Origin: Diplonema japonicum
Taxonomy: Eukaryota; Protista; Euglenozoa: Diplonemea
Length of the DNA stretch: 64,000 nucleotides
NCBI GenBank assembly: GCA_964019335.1
Contig: OZ025756.1
Coordinates: forward strand, 160,868 to 224,867
Direction of reading: 5' to 3'
In this document: positions 31,263-43,195 of the stretch, piece by piece
How positions within the stretch are numbered: the stretch's first letter is position 1
Layout of the letters: each line of letters opens with the position of its first letter
Program-made: the position numbers and the translations under genes
Notes under the pieces: model-generated
What the model saw: the letters and a program-made list of their open reading frames with translations, nothing else
Told to the model about the DNA's origin: nothing
Databases searched by the model: none

Positions 31263-32015
31263 AGTTGTTGCTTCTCCCCTCCTCCCTTGCGCCCTAACCT
31301 GTTTTTTTTTTTTTTTTTTTTTTGTTGTTGTTGTTCTTTTTTAAAGGATTCTGAATGCGTTAGAAAGAAGAAGAAAGGGAAACAAAAAAAAGGAAGAAGG
31401 AAGAAAGAAAAGGAAGGATGTTCAAGTTCCAGATTTTTTTTTTTTTTTGATTGCACACCTCCAAGAGAAGAAAAGAATAATAAAAGAAAACTGTAAAGAC
31501 TCGGTGGTCAACTGAAGTTCTTCGATCTCAGGTGGTCAGCTGCTGCCTCTTTTTTTATTTTCTTCTTAAGCCGGAAATTGAGGGTCACATCGAGAACGTG
31601 GAGGGGGGAACAAACAAAAGCTAGGAATAAGCACAAAAGGGAATGAAATGAAGTAAAAAAAAAAAAGAAAAAAGAAAAAAGAAAAAAAAAAAAGAAAAGG
31701 GAGAACAGAAAAAGAAAAATACATGAGCTCGTTCGCTTGGAAATGTCACCCTTCCCCCCTCCCCTATATCGGTAAGAACGGGAAACATCTTCGTTTCCGT
31801 TTCCTTATTTTCAGATATTTGGGGGAAGAGATTTCCTTAAATATCTCAAGGAAACGACCTCAAAAATAAGGAAACATTTATAGGGAACTCCATATGAAGC
31901 AAATAGGCCAAAGTTGAAGTAAAAAAAAGAGAAAAAAAAAATTTAAAAAAATGAAGCAAATAGCTTCACTTTACTTCGGCTCACTTCGTGAATTCCACCC
32001 TAAATTGAACGGTGT

Positions 32016-32050
<35 letters not shown>

Positions 32051-32341
32051 GAAGGGGAAAAAAAAGGGGGGGGGGATCATAGTTTTTTTTTCAGGGGAAA
32101 TCCTGCTTACTTGGAGAAGACATCAGACCCTTCGCACCTACGAAATGCTCCAATCTAAAAAGTCTAGAGGGGGGCTGATGGAAAACAAAAAATCGTAATT
32201 GCAAAAAAAAAAAGGAATGGGGGACCAAAGTACGGGATGTCGAGAAGGTGAATTTTTTTTTTAATGCAAAATTTTTACCTACCCCCCTCAGACCTTTTCA
32301 AGGGCATTACTATTATTTTTTTTTATTGCTCTATGCAGAGC

Positions 32342-32377
<36 letters not shown>

Positions 32378-32604
32378 GGGGGTGGGGGGGAAGGGGGCTA
32401 TGTTAAAACCCAACATAGCTGGGGGGGGGGCTTTTTTTTTCTCCTTTTTATGTGAATATATGGAATAAATCAAACATGTTTTTTCGGGGGGGGGGGGAGC
32501 CGTTGCTACCACTTCGTTTCCTATCGTTGTGAATTTCTTTTCTTTCTCTCTTTTTTCCTTAATTAACCAGAGAAAACGGTGAATAAAAAGAAGAGTATCT
32601 TCCT

Positions 32605-32643
<39 letters not shown>

Positions 32644-33250
32644 AACGGCGGATAGGTGAGGAGGAGAACAGGAGAGGGCGAAGAGAAAAAAGAAAAGAAA
32701 AATACCCAGCGTTACAAGGCGGCTTAACTTATAACTCTAAAAGAAATTCGAAGACGGTAGTTCCCCCCCCCCCCCCTTCCCCTACCATAGGTTAGAAAAG
32801 GGAAAAGGGGGTGTGGTGTGGGGTCATTAGTTGTGCGAATGCATCGTAATAAAAGACCCTCCCTAAAAGGAAATGGAAAAAAAAAAAAAAGAAACTTAAA
32901 ACACAATAACATCATGGGTGCTAGGGAATTCGAGTGGCGAAAAAAGAGACGGGGGCGGGGGGGGGGGGGGGGGGAGCATGAAAAGACCACTTTTTAGTGC
33001 CTCATCTCGTCTCCCCATCCCCCCCCCCCCCGCTGTTTTTAAAGACTCGTGTTTAGTTAGTAAGATTGGCAAGAAGAAGTAAAAGAGAAAAAAAAAGAAA
33101 AAAAGCTAAAGTCAAGAATACACATTCTCAACTGAGGAAAAAAAAAGGGGGGGGTTATTTTTTTCCGGTAAATCTTTATTCGATTATCGAAACTATGGGT
33201 GCTTGACGGATTTTAGAGACTTGAAGAATAGAAAAAAGGCCGCCGGAATC

Positions 33251-33450
33251 NNNNNNNNNNNNNNNNNNNNNNNNNNNNNNNNNNNNNNNNNNNNNNNNNN
33301 NNNNNNNNNNNNNNNNNNNNNNNNNNNNNNNNNNNNNNNNNNNNNNNNNNNNNNNNNNNNNNNNNNNNNNNNNNNNNNNNNNNNNNNNNNNNNNNNNNNN
33401 NNNNNNNNNNNNNNNNNNNNNNNNNNNNNNNNNNNNNNNNNNNNNNNNNN
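33251..33450. other. Assembly gap (200 N)
   Basis: Run of n. Confidence 1.
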
Positions 33451-33546
33451 CCCCCCCCCCCCTCCTCATGCCACGGAAACAAAGAAGAAAAGAGAAGGGA
33501 GAAAGAGAAAAAAAAAGTGTTCGAAGGGCTCCCCTAACGGCAGTCA

Positions 33547-34656
33547 TCACTCTCTGTGGGTATAGTCAAAATTGGAGAAAAGCTCCTCCTCCTCAGAACT
33601 TATAGCCCGTGCCCTGTACTGGTCTTGAAAAGGAATGGATATGGACCGCTGCACGGATTCTGGAAGAAACGCCTGCGAAAAAGGGGGAGAAGCAGCTCCC
33701 TTGGAGATCTCAGCCACACCAGGGCCCGATTTCTTGACCCAGGGGTGCGTGAGGACGAAATGACCAGTCATCCGCTTCGCAGGAGATACATTAAGCAGAC
33801 ATGTTATCAGATCCTTGCAAGATTCCGACAGGCTTGGCGAGACAGGGTAATCCACGGGCCGATCGAACATTTCATCCAGCAACTCTTTAGGGTTCCTTCC
33901 TTGGTAAGGGTTGCAGCCTGTTGCCATGTTGTAAAGGGTGACCCCCAACGCCCACCAATCAATGGGGTAACTATACCCATCATCATTTTGCTGTAATATC
34001 TCGGGGGCCATGTAATGCAGGGTCCCAACCATGGCGTGGCAGCGCCCGTCCTCTGGGACGAAACACGACAGGCCGAAATCGGCGATCTTCAGGTTTCCAT
34101 TTAAATCGAGCAAACAGTTCTCTGGTTTCAGGTCCCTATACACAATGCCGTGTGAGTGGATATGTTGCAGCCCGAGGGTGAGCTGTATAGTATAGTACCG
34201 TGCGAGCTGTTCAGTGAGATGCCCCGACGGGAGGTGGGTTGTGATGAGAGCATGTAAGTCGTTGCCCTTCATATATTCTAATATGAAGACTGCGTTGTAC
34301 GGGGTGTGGAAGGCCTCCCACAGGCGGAGAATGAACTTGTTGTCCTTGTTCTGCAGAGACGCCATGATGTCTCGCTCGTTCTCGACACTCTGCATGTTCT
34401 TAAGCAAAGACCACTTGGGCATCACTTTCAGTGCGCGCAGGGCGTTCGTCTTCTTTTCCCTCCCCACATGGACGGTCGAAGTGGCCCCGCGTCCCAGTAC
34501 CCCCAGGCTTACGTAGGCGCCAAGGGTCTTCTTCTCTCTGTAATCTATCAGCTCCCAGCCTTCGTCTTCTGACATGTGGACGAATCCTTCAACGGGCTCT
34601 TGCGATCCGCGCTTTGTTTTCATCATAAGCGTCTTGAGGCTTAGTTTGAGCCCCAT
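33547..34656 (-). CDS. AGC-group Ser/Thr protein kinase
   Basis: LGRGATSTV, ALK, YRDLKPEN, DFG, GTLHYMAPE, DWWALG, and a C-terminal FSNFDY hydrophobic motif. Confidence 0.93.
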   Translation of the reverse strand: MGLKLSLKTLMMKTKRGSQEPVEGFVHMSEDEGWELIDYREKKTLGAYVSLGVLGRGATSTVHVGREKKTNALRALKVMPKWSLLKNMQSVENERDIMASLQNKDNKFILRLWEAFHTPYNAVFILEYMKGNDLHALITTHLPSGHLTEQLARYYTIQLTLGLQHIHSHGIVYRDLKPENCLLDLNGNLKIADFGLSCFVPEDGRCHAMVGTLHYMAPEILQQNDDGYSYPIDWWALGVTLYNMATGCNPYQGRNPKELLDEMFDRPVDYPVSPSLSESCKDLITCLLNVSPAKRMTGHFVLTHPWVKKSGPGVAEISKGAASPPFSQAFLPESVQRSISIPFQDQYRARAISSEEEELFSNFDYTHRE

Positions 34657-34702
34657 TTTTCTTTTTATTATGAAACCTTCCAGGATTGAAATTTTGGCTC
34701 AG

Positions 34703-34733
<31 letters not shown>

Positions 34734-34808
34734 AGAGAGAGAGAGAGAGAAATATAGAAGAAGAAGAATGACTTTGGTTGCTTATAAACCACCTGGCGTA
34801 CAAGCAAC

Positions 34809-34888
34809 TGATTACAGGGGGCGCACCGCGGCCGGGCAATAGCTTCTTCTGCGTTCCGTGTCGTGTCCATAATGTGTGTGCGGTGTGC
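34809..34888 (-). mobile_element. SINE-like repeat fragment
   Basis: tgattacagggggcgcaccgcggccg...gcggtgt. Confidence 0.7.
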
Positions 34889-34983
34889 AAGGGCCTTTGC
34901 TAACAACCTAGGGCTGCAGGGAAGCGATCCGATTTTGCTAAGGTCGCTAAAATAGGAGGGGGGAAACTTGTTGGAAAACAAGC

Positions 34984-37101
34984 TCAAAGATCTGCGGGTG
35001 ATATAGATGTCGTGCAGCTTAGCACCACCTGCTGCACTGTTGACCCTGCTGCGGTTGGTGTCGCTCTCTCTGTGATGGTGAGCCCTTCGGTGGCATCGAT
35101 CTCGAAGGGGGAAGTATAGTAGCACAGCACGTCCTTCGCCACAGCATCGCTGCACAGTGAACTGCTCACCACCACACCAGTTCCAAGAACAGTCACAAAC
35201 AGTTGTTTTTTGTTGCCCACCGTCCCATGAAACATGGTGCTCGTCGACATCCCCACATGGATCGAGGCCTCACCCCCAAAGTCAGCGGACACCCCAAGCA
35301 TCTTCACAAACACCAACGAGTTCTCAACATGTGTGGGGCATGGTTTGGTGCAGTTCCAGCAGACAGCAACCCTGTTCCCCTGAAGCGACACCACTGCTCC
35401 GTGTGACCTCTCCGTGCATGTCAGTATCTTCGCAAGCCTGTTGTTAAAGATGCCACTTATCTCGCTCTCTGTCTCGTATCTCTCAAGTACAACCTCCACA
35501 TGGCTCGCGGTGGCGGAAGTGCTGTTAGCCATCGTAGGCCGGGCATTTGATGGCCCTGCTGTTTGAGAACGGCTATGGCTCGTCGGCGTCGAGATGGACT
35601 GGCACGATGTCTTCATGCCTGCCTGCAGCTGCCGCTGTACATAGGCCTTCCTCCCAAGAAGCGAAGAAGGGAGGAGCAGATATGGCTGTACAGCTCCTAT
35701 CCCCTTCAGCTGTATTTCTCCCATTTTTAAGCTGGTAGCACCCAAAGCGAAGACAGCATCCTTCACGTCATTCATCACCTCAGGAGTGACAGCAACAGCC
35801 CCACCCACACAGACCCCTTCCATCCGAGCCGCCTTGTTCACAGTGTTCCCAAAGTAGTCGTACCTCCCTGTCAGGTTGTTCAGTTGTACCGAAACATCAC
35901 CACAGTGAACACCCACACGAACCCTGAGACCACACCAAGGGCCTTCAGCATCCCACGAACAGTGGTCAACAGTGTCCAAGAGCTCCTCAGGCCACACACT
36001 GTTCACAAGCCTCTCCTGAACAGACAGACCGAACCACACCGCATCAGAAGTACTCTCAAAGGCCACCATGAAGGAGTCCCCAATGGTCTTCACCTCGTAC
36101 CCATTGTGCTCAGCGATGCAGTCCCGTATTGCCTGGTTGTGAACCTGAAGTCCCTCCTTCATCCCTTCTGGACATGCCTCCCATGTTGCCGTCGATCCTT
36201 GGATGTCGGTGAAGACAAGGGTTGCCTGCTCGGACTGCAACCCAGGTACCGGGATGTCCTTTCCATGTATTTGACCCTCGCTGTGCATGTTGTGGAAGAG
36301 TGCATCAGGGAGGTAGGGGCGGTAGTCCTTCAGGTTTTCAAGGATTTTGCTGAAAGAGTCGTAAAGGGGAGGGGGGAGGGAGGCCGTTGAGATGATGGCC
36401 TCGGCTGCTTCAAGGTCGAAGCGAGAGAAGGAGGTCGCGATGTCCTCTGTGGCGGCGATCACTTTGTTCATCTTGTCGTGCTCCTCACGAAGGTCGCGGG
36501 CGAAGCCTCGGGTGAAGTAGAAGTCGAGGAGGAAGACGAGGATTTGTCCTGAAGATATGTTGATGGCGAGGTTGATGTCCAGCTTGCAAGGCAGGGCACT
36601 GCAGGTGACTCTCTCTAGACGCTTATCTTGAGATACGAGGAACCAAAGGTCGAAGAGGCCAAAGCGGTAAACTGACTCGAGAAAAATCACAAACAGCCAC
36701 AAAAGGACCATGATGATGATGTTCCTGGAGACATGTCGAGGGAGGCGGCAGACAAGGCATAAATCAATGATGAGTACAAAGTAGGGCCACGATCTTGCAC
36801 CAGTTACAGCAGACATCTCCATCAGGTCAGAATAAGTCAACGAAAAAGTGAGGGTGTACATAACTATCTCGACGAAGCCCTCACGTATCCTACGTTCCAC
36901 TAGCAACTGTGTAGCTAGAGCCGCTCCCCCGAGCATGGCAGCGACGACGCCCGGGAGATCACTCTGATTGTGCAGTGTCACTATAACACTCAAATAGCTA
37001 ACGAAGCCCACAGCCCCTGCCAGGAATAATATCTTTTTGCTAAATATTACTTGCTTGTCGTCCGTGGGCAGAACAATGCGCTCGAATAGCCAACACTTCA
37101 T
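34984..37101 (-). CDS. Multi-TM receptor adenylate cyclase paralog
   Basis: 705 aa; catalytic motifs intact. Confidence 0.92.
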   Translation of the reverse strand: MKCWLFERIVLPTDDKQVIFSKKILFLAGAVGFVSYLSVIVTLHNQSDLPGVVAAMLGGAALATQLLVERRIREGFVEIVMYTLTFSLTYSDLMEMSAVTGARSWPYFVLIIDLCLVCRLPRHVSRNIIIMVLLWLFVIFLESVYRFGLFDLWFLVSQDKRLERVTCSALPCKLDINLAINISSGQILVFLLDFYFTRGFARDLREEHDKMNKVIAATEDIATSFSRFDLEAAEAIISTASLPPPLYDSFSKILENLKDYRPYLPDALFHNMHSEGQIHGKDIPVPGLQSEQATLVFTDIQGSTATWEACPEGMKEGLQVHNQAIRDCIAEHNGYEVKTIGDSFMVAFESTSDAVWFGLSVQERLVNSVWPEELLDTVDHCSWDAEGPWCGLRVRVGVHCGDVSVQLNNLTGRYDYFGNTVNKAARMEGVCVGGAVAVTPEVMNDVKDAVFALGATSLKMGEIQLKGIGAVQPYLLLPSSLLGRKAYVQRQLQAGMKTSCQSISTPTSHSRSQTAGPSNARPTMANSTSATASHVEVVLERYETESEISGIFNNRLAKILTCTERSHGAVVSLQGNRVAVCWNCTKPCPTHVENSLVFVKMLGVSADFGGEASIHVGMSTSTMFHGTVGNKKQLFVTVLGTGVVVSSSLCSDAVAKDVLCYYTSPFEIDATEGLTITERATPTAAGSTVQQVVLSCTTSISPADL

Positions 37102-37415
37102 TTTGTTTTTATTTCGTCCTTTATAGCTCAGCGTGATTGAGGGGACAAAAGATATTAAGAGGGGGTGTATACGTCCGTCGTAAAAGGGGTTTTGGTCTTC
37201 TAAAATAATAGTATCCCTATTAAAAATTATACATAGTCTGATTGTTAATTGTAAAGAAATAGGATGCAGAGACCATACTAATTAATAGTAATAGTTAGTT
37301 TGGCTCTCGGCTTACTGTCCAAAACGAAGGGGATAGTACCAAGGTAATGTGACCTTGTGTATTTCACCTGAAGTAGGGGTACTCCATTGGCGTGACAAAC
37401 CCCACAGCAAAGATG

Positions 37416-37760
37416 TCACCCTTCTTGTTCTGGAAAGCCTCGAACGAAGTGTGGGGTATCACCCTGCCATAAAAGAGCACTTCGTGGTTGTTCTCGTGAA
37501 GAATCAGGCTCAAAGGCGGTGACCATTGCACCCCCGGACGTCATCACCCAGCTGCAGGTACCGATGTTCCCACCCACGTCGACCACTGTGAGCAAGGTGG
37601 GCAAACATCCGTGGGGCGGGGGCAGATGTAGGAAGGGGAACTGTTGCTGGAATAGGCACAGAAGCCGCTGCAGGTGCCGGTTGTGGGAACGTAGTTGTCG
37701 GGGCGACAAAACGAGTACACGGGGAGTAACACCGGTGCAACAAGGGGAGGTGAGGGGTCA
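37416..37760 (-). pseudogene. Deletion-collapsed FkbM methyltransferase pseudogene
   Basis: LTVVDVGGNIGTCSWVMTSGGAMVTAFEP matches the 43699-44877 gene and is joined directly to ILHENN and FQNKKG remnants. Confidence 0.85.
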
Positions 37761-38050
37761 CTTTTTGAGAAGATGAGGCAACGTCGTTTCAGGGGGGATC
37801 ACTGTCACTCGTGGTGCAATCGCAGCTAGCCTCGAGACGTGACAGTTAGCAGTCTCTCTGTTTTATCTTCTATACCAGCTTCCCTTTTCTATCAAGTCCA
37901 GCAGCGTCATCGCTAGCACAAGTACAAGCCCAAGCCTTAAAATTGTGTAAATCTGTAAAAGTGTGCTTGCAATGCCGAAGAGAAAAAAAAAAGGGGAGGG
38001 CAAGAAAAGCAGATAGAAGAAGACCATTACTGGAAAGCAACGGTTGCCCT

Positions 38051-40171
38051 TCAAGAACTCTCAAAGCAAGTAGTTGGTGCGCAGCAAACAGTCACTTGTT
38101 GCAAGTGCAGACTCCCGATGGTCAGGTGGCTGTCCAACGTTTCAATGTAGAGGCCTTTCATTTTTCCAAGCTTGAAGGGGGACGCAAAATAGCAAAACGC
38201 GGCATCCTTGACAGCATCATTGCACAATGAACTGCTTATCAACGCACCGACCCCAAGAACAGTCACGAACTTCTGTCGCTTACTTCCGACCGTCCCGTGA
38301 TAAATGCCGCTTGACGACATCCCAATGCAAACTGGCAACCGATTACCTAGTTCAGCGGACACCCCAAGCATCTTCACAAACACCAACGAGTTCTCAACAT
38401 GTGTGGGGCATGGTTTGGTGCAGTTCCAGCTCACCTGTACCTGGTTCCCCTGAAGCGACACCACTGCCCCCTGTGACCTCTCTGTGCACGTCAGCACCCT
38501 TATCAACTCACTGCTCATCACGCTGCCTACTTCATTGGTATAGCTCTTAAGCACAATTTCTACCCTCCCAACAGTTGCAGAGACGCTGTAGGTTAAGGAT
38601 TCATTTGTGGCAGGTATTTTTCTTGAATCGCTGGATAGACTAGTCACTGACTTTGCCCGATCGCTGCCGGTGCCGAACTTCCTGTCTTCCCTCTTCAAAA
38701 GGAGTTGCTGTTCAATGAAAGACTTCCTTCCCTGCAGCGGTCGAGGTAAAAGAAGGAACGGCTGAAGTTGGCCACCCACACCCTTCAGTTCAGTCGCCCC
38801 CATCGGGATGACAGAGACAGAGTCAAGGGGACCAACAGCCTCCATCACCTCAGGAGTGACAGCAACAGCCCCACCCACACAAGCCCCTTCCATCCGAGCC
38901 GCCTTGTTCACAGTGTTCCCAAAGTAGTCGTACCTCCCTGTCAGGTTGTTCAGTTGTACCGAAACATCACCACAGTGAACACCCACACGAACCCTGAGAC
39001 CACACCAAGGGCCTTCAGCATCCCACGAACAGTGGTCAACAGTGTCCAAGAGCTCCTCAGGCCACACACTGTTCAGAAGCCTCTCCTGAGCAGACAGACC
39101 AAACCACACCGCATCAGAAGTACTCTCAAAGGCCACCATGAAAGCATCCCCAATGGTCTTCACCTCGTACCCATTGTGCTCAGCGATGCAGTCCCGTATT
39201 GCCTTGTTGTGAACCTGAAGTCCCTCCTTCATCCCTTCTGGACATGCCTCCCATGTTGCCGTCGATCCTTGGATGTCGGTGAAGACAAGGGTTGCCTGCT
39301 CGGACTGCAACCCAGGTACCGGAATGTCCTTTCCATGTATTTGACTCTCGCTGTGCATGCTGTGGAAGAGTGCATCGGGGAGGTAGGGGCGGTAGTCCTT
39401 CAGATTTTCAAGGATTGTGCTGAAGGCATCGTAAAGGGGAGGGGGGAGGGAGGCTGTTGAGATGATGGCCTCGGCTGAGACAAGGTCGAAGCGGGAGAGG
39501 GAGGTCGCGATGCGCTCTGCTGCGAGAATCACATTGTTCATTTTCTCATGCTCTTTATAAAAATCGCTGGCGAATTTCTTGGTGAAGTAGAAGTCGAGGA
39601 GGAAGACGACTATCTGGCTAGTGCTGACTAGATAGGTCAATAGAAACGGGGTGCGGCAGGGGAGAGCTGAGCAGTCGACACGTTCAAGGCGGTCACTCTG
39701 CGAGGGCAGAAAGGAAAGGTCGTAGAGCCCAAAGCGCGTTGTCTTCTCGACAGCGTTGACTGCAATCCAGCAGAACAGTATGGCACAAAGGTTGCGCGAG
39801 ACACGGGAGGGGGCCTTGCAAACGAGGCACATGTCAACAAGCAAGATGAAGAAAGGCCATGACCTTGCGCTGCTCCCTTCTGCTGAATAGATCAGATCCC
39901 CCAGCAGAAAGGTCAGCCCATAGCCATAGAACATCAACTCGATGGTGCCGTACCTCAACTTCCTTTCGATCAACAGTTGTGTGCATCCCAAAATTGAAGT
40001 TGCGAATCCGCTGATGGCACGCAGCCTGACCGATACATTGTACGAGGAATACAAAGCAAGTGAGTACATCACCACACCTATCAGCCCTGCTGTGAGCAGC
40101 ACCTTCTTCGCACTTTTAGTCGTCGGGTCGTCCGAGTGACGTATTACATATGAGAACGGCCAACAAGGCAT
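38051..40171 (-). CDS. Multi-TM receptor adenylate cyclase paralog
   Basis: 706 aa; catalytic motifs intact. Confidence 0.92.
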   Translation of the reverse strand: MPCWPFSYVIRHSDDPTTKSAKKVLLTAGLIGVVMYSLALYSSYNVSVRLRAISGFATSILGCTQLLIERKLRYGTIELMFYGYGLTFLLGDLIYSAEGSSARSWPFFILLVDMCLVCKAPSRVSRNLCAILFCWIAVNAVEKTTRFGLYDLSFLPSQSDRLERVDCSALPCRTPFLLTYLVSTSQIVVFLLDFYFTKKFASDFYKEHEKMNNVILAAERIATSLSRFDLVSAEAIISTASLPPPLYDAFSTILENLKDYRPYLPDALFHSMHSESQIHGKDIPVPGLQSEQATLVFTDIQGSTATWEACPEGMKEGLQVHNKAIRDCIAEHNGYEVKTIGDAFMVAFESTSDAVWFGLSAQERLLNSVWPEELLDTVDHCSWDAEGPWCGLRVRVGVHCGDVSVQLNNLTGRYDYFGNTVNKAARMEGACVGGAVAVTPEVMEAVGPLDSVSVIPMGATELKGVGGQLQPFLLLPRPLQGRKSFIEQQLLLKREDRKFGTGSDRAKSVTSLSSDSRKIPATNESLTYSVSATVGRVEIVLKSYTNEVGSVMSSELIRVLTCTERSQGAVVSLQGNQVQVSWNCTKPCPTHVENSLVFVKMLGVSAELGNRLPVCIGMSSSGIYHGTVGSKRQKFVTVLGVGALISSSLCNDAVKDAAFCYFASPFKLGKMKGLYIETLDSHLTIGSLHLQQVTVCCAPTTCFESS

Positions 40172-40307
40172 TCTTGTAGACCTAAGCTAAGAAAGTCAAT
40201 TCCCCCCGTTTTTCCATTTTAGAAAAATAACATTAAAAAAAAGGGGGTTGGTGGCACTTCACACTGGACTGAGGCACATAAAACGTTAGTTAGGCGGGTG
40301 CCTGGGT

Positions 40308-41753
40308 TCAGTGGGGGTACTCACGGTTGAAGACGAAGGAGTTGATCATCACTGATGCGGGGGCAGGCTTGTTGAGAGGGACCATGTGGCCCGAGCCGCG
40401 GATACTAATGTGGGACACAGCACGGTCGGCCCACTCCATAGCATACCCTGCGGCGAAGGCGCCCTTTTTGCCGTCAAGGGTCCACGGGCGCCAAGTCTGG
40501 GTGCGCTGCAGACCGATGGAGGGCCAGAACTGCACATATGTGTCCTGGAGGAAGCCCATCGATGATAGCCCACAGGCGTCGGAATCGCCTTCGTAAGTTA
40601 GCACGCGGAGGCCTTTTTCGACAGCCTTCTTGTGGAAAGGCCTGACGTCTGGGCAGTTCGACAGGTATGTGAAACCGTTGCCGTTGTCGGCGTTGAAAAA
40701 GTAGCTATCGGCAGGGACAGCAAGGGCAGCACGCACATCGGACCTGGCGAGCCAGTCAGTCATCGCGGTGCCTGAGCACGCGTAGTCGAGCAGGTCCTGA
40801 GAGTCGTACTTGCTGAGCCACTTCCTTCCCTTCCCCATTAGGCGTGACTTGGCGTCGCTGATCATGTTCGTTGGGCAGTCATCGTACAAGTCGTACACGA
40901 AGTACCCGCCCAGTGCGTCTTGCATCTGCCCAACAAGGTTCTTGCAGTGCGCGGTCATGTCCCCAGACTTCAGGTCTGCCTCAGGACAGTTCCTTCTGAT
41001 GTTCATGAACAGCTCGTTGCTCACCTGGCCGTGTCCCCCAAAGAACATGATGTCGTAGTAAGGGCCTGGTGGGCCGACGTTGAAGCCCATGCAGCCGTCG
41101 CCGACAGCGTACCCCTTGAGGTTGAGGCCCTGCAGGTCGTCCAGCAGCTCGTTGATAAGGCCAGGGATGTAGATCCCGGCATAGCTCTCACCCGTGATGT
41201 ACAACTCGTTCTTTTTAAGCTCCGGGAAGATGTTGTTGATGAGCGATGTGACAACTTTGTGGTTGGCTTTGAAGACGGAGGTGTCGTTCCACGGGCCGCA
41301 CGAGGTGCCGGTGCCTGTGGGGCCGTGCTCTGTGCAGTAGGAGAAGCCGACAGGGGCAGGTGAGTCAAGGGCGAAGAGGTTGAAGTTCTTCGACCACGTG
41401 AAGGGGTTGTACTGCGGCTCAGGGATACGGGTCTTGTTGTACTCCGGACCTTGCTCCGACAGCACATTTAGGAAGAGAGGGCCTAGCTCTTGGAACATCC
41501 CGAACAGGCTGGAGGCACCAGGCCCACCGTTGTACCAGAAGACCGTTGGTGCGTTGGCTGGGTCGTTCTCCGCCTCGAACATCACATAGTGGAAGTACAT
41601 CTCACCTTTCCCTGAAGGGGGCATCCCTGCATCGACGAACCCTGAGTACATCTTCGATGGCAGTGGCCCTGTCCACCCCGGCAGCGATGTCACCTCGTGC
41701 CTTGCAACAGGTGCAGCCAGTACTGCAGCAGCTGCAAACAGTAACGAAGCCAT
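40308..41753 (-). CDS. Serine carboxypeptidase (peptidase family S10), secreted/lysosomal
   Basis: WYNGGPGASS, DSPAPVGFSY, ITGESYAG, GDSD, GSGHMVP; signal peptide from MASLLFAAAAVLA at 41753. Confidence 0.93.
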   Translation of the reverse strand: MASLLFAAAAVLAAPVARHEVTSLPGWTGPLPSKMYSGFVDAGMPPSGKGEMYFHYVMFEAENDPANAPTVFWYNGGPGASSLFGMFQELGPLFLNVLSEQGPEYNKTRIPEPQYNPFTWSKNFNLFALDSPAPVGFSYCTEHGPTGTGTSCGPWNDTSVFKANHKVVTSLINNIFPELKKNELYITGESYAGIYIPGLINELLDDLQGLNLKGYAVGDGCMGFNVGPPGPYYDIMFFGGHGQVSNELFMNIRRNCPEADLKSGDMTAHCKNLVGQMQDALGGYFVYDLYDDCPTNMISDAKSRLMGKGRKWLSKYDSQDLLDYACSGTAMTDWLARSDVRAALAVPADSYFFNADNGNGFTYLSNCPDVRPFHKKAVEKGLRVLTYEGDSDACGLSSMGFLQDTYVQFWPSIGLQRTQTWRPWTLDGKKGAFAAGYAMEWADRAVSHISIRGSGHMVPLNKPAPASVMINSFVFNREYPH

Positions 41754-42250
41754 TGTTAACACCTTGGTACGACCGGTAGCTGGTAGGCAACTGGTCAAAA
41801 TGAAAAACAAAAAAGGAACGAATTACGGGGGAGGGAGGGGGGCAAAAAGAGGTGGTAAAAGAAAGTATGTGTATTTTCTTTTCTCCATTTTTTTTTTTTG
41901 TTCTTTTTCTTTTTTTTAATTTCCACATTGCATTGAAAAGATACCCCTCCCAACAGAAGAAGAAGGGAGGGGTGTTTTTTTTTTTTTTCGTATTTTCTTC
42001 CTCAGCGGAACAGAGTTTCAAGTACAATGTGAATGCGCACTCAGAATTAATATTTCCTTTTTAACAGCGGTTCACTGTCTCTGAATAATAAAAAGGGAGG
42101 GCTCCCTAAATCACTCTCTCTCTGTTCGTTTATCTCATTGATTTTATTCATTTCGTGACCTCAGGGATGAGGTTTACATTTTTTTAATTTTTTTCTTCTT
42201 TTTCCATGCTGGGGCTGTACCTAGCACCTAGCGGCTTTTTCCGTTTGTTC

Positions 42251-42288
<38 letters not shown>

Positions 42289-43160
42289 AAGAAGAAAAAA
42301 AAAGGGAAAAAAAACCACAATAGATATAGTCCGTGGCCCTATTCAACCCTATGGCTTGACCAATTTTTCCAGTCGCGGGTAGTTTTGAGGGACTCAGAAC
42401 CGCCGCCCCCGACCGGAAAAACCATTCGGGCAGCGGTACTAATGATTTCTCTTTTTTTTTTTTACTTATTTATTTTTTTTTTTCTTTATTTTTTTTCTAT
42501 ATAACTCCAGTCAGATTTTTTAACTTGTGGGGAGTGAATATAATATTTCACATTATTATCACGCTTCACTTTATTTTCACGGCAGATTTGCAGGCTTGTT
42601 TGGGAGAAAAACAAGGGGCAGGAATGAAATTGAAAATTACTTTATGAGTGAATACAACGTACTTTTATATTCACGCCAGTCCTATTTTCACTCCGGGGGG
42701 TGCAAACACGGAAAAGAAATCATCCAAACTTTTTACGTCAAGGATCTGGTCGCCTCTCTCAACAGAAAATAAGAAAGGTGGGCTTGGCAAGCCAGCAGCG
42801 GTGACAACAACAGTCGCTAGTGGGGCAACCTCAGCAGCCCTACAGGTCCAAATCGTGGTCCTGTCAGCACCCATGGACGCACAGCCCCACACAGGATATA
42901 CCTTGACAATCAATATCAACGTCAACTATAAGCACCCCCCAGTAAAATTCGTAACTTGTAATACCCCCACACTTTCAAATCTGACTGACGTTAAATAAAA
43001 CAACGTGGAAAAAGAAAATAGATCCGATTTTTCACTTGTGGTGGCATGTTTAACTCGTTGATGTTGCTTCACTCGCTTCGCTTGTGAAGTCATATACCCA
43101 CTCGTTAAACCACTGCCACCACGCGTGAAAAGCATACGATCTTATTTTCACTAAATAAAT

Positions 43161-43195
<35 letters not shown>

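Noticed and set aside
31280-33250. Long A/T/G/C homopolymer runs and poly-Lys/Phe ORFs
   Set aside because: Low-complexity intergenic DNA; run lengths may be sequencing-inflated.
33176-33565. ORFs spanning the N run
   Set aside because: Assembly gap artefact.
42322-42333. AGATATAGTCC, similar to the group I intron S element
   Set aside because: No matching P, Q or R elements and no interrupted host gene.
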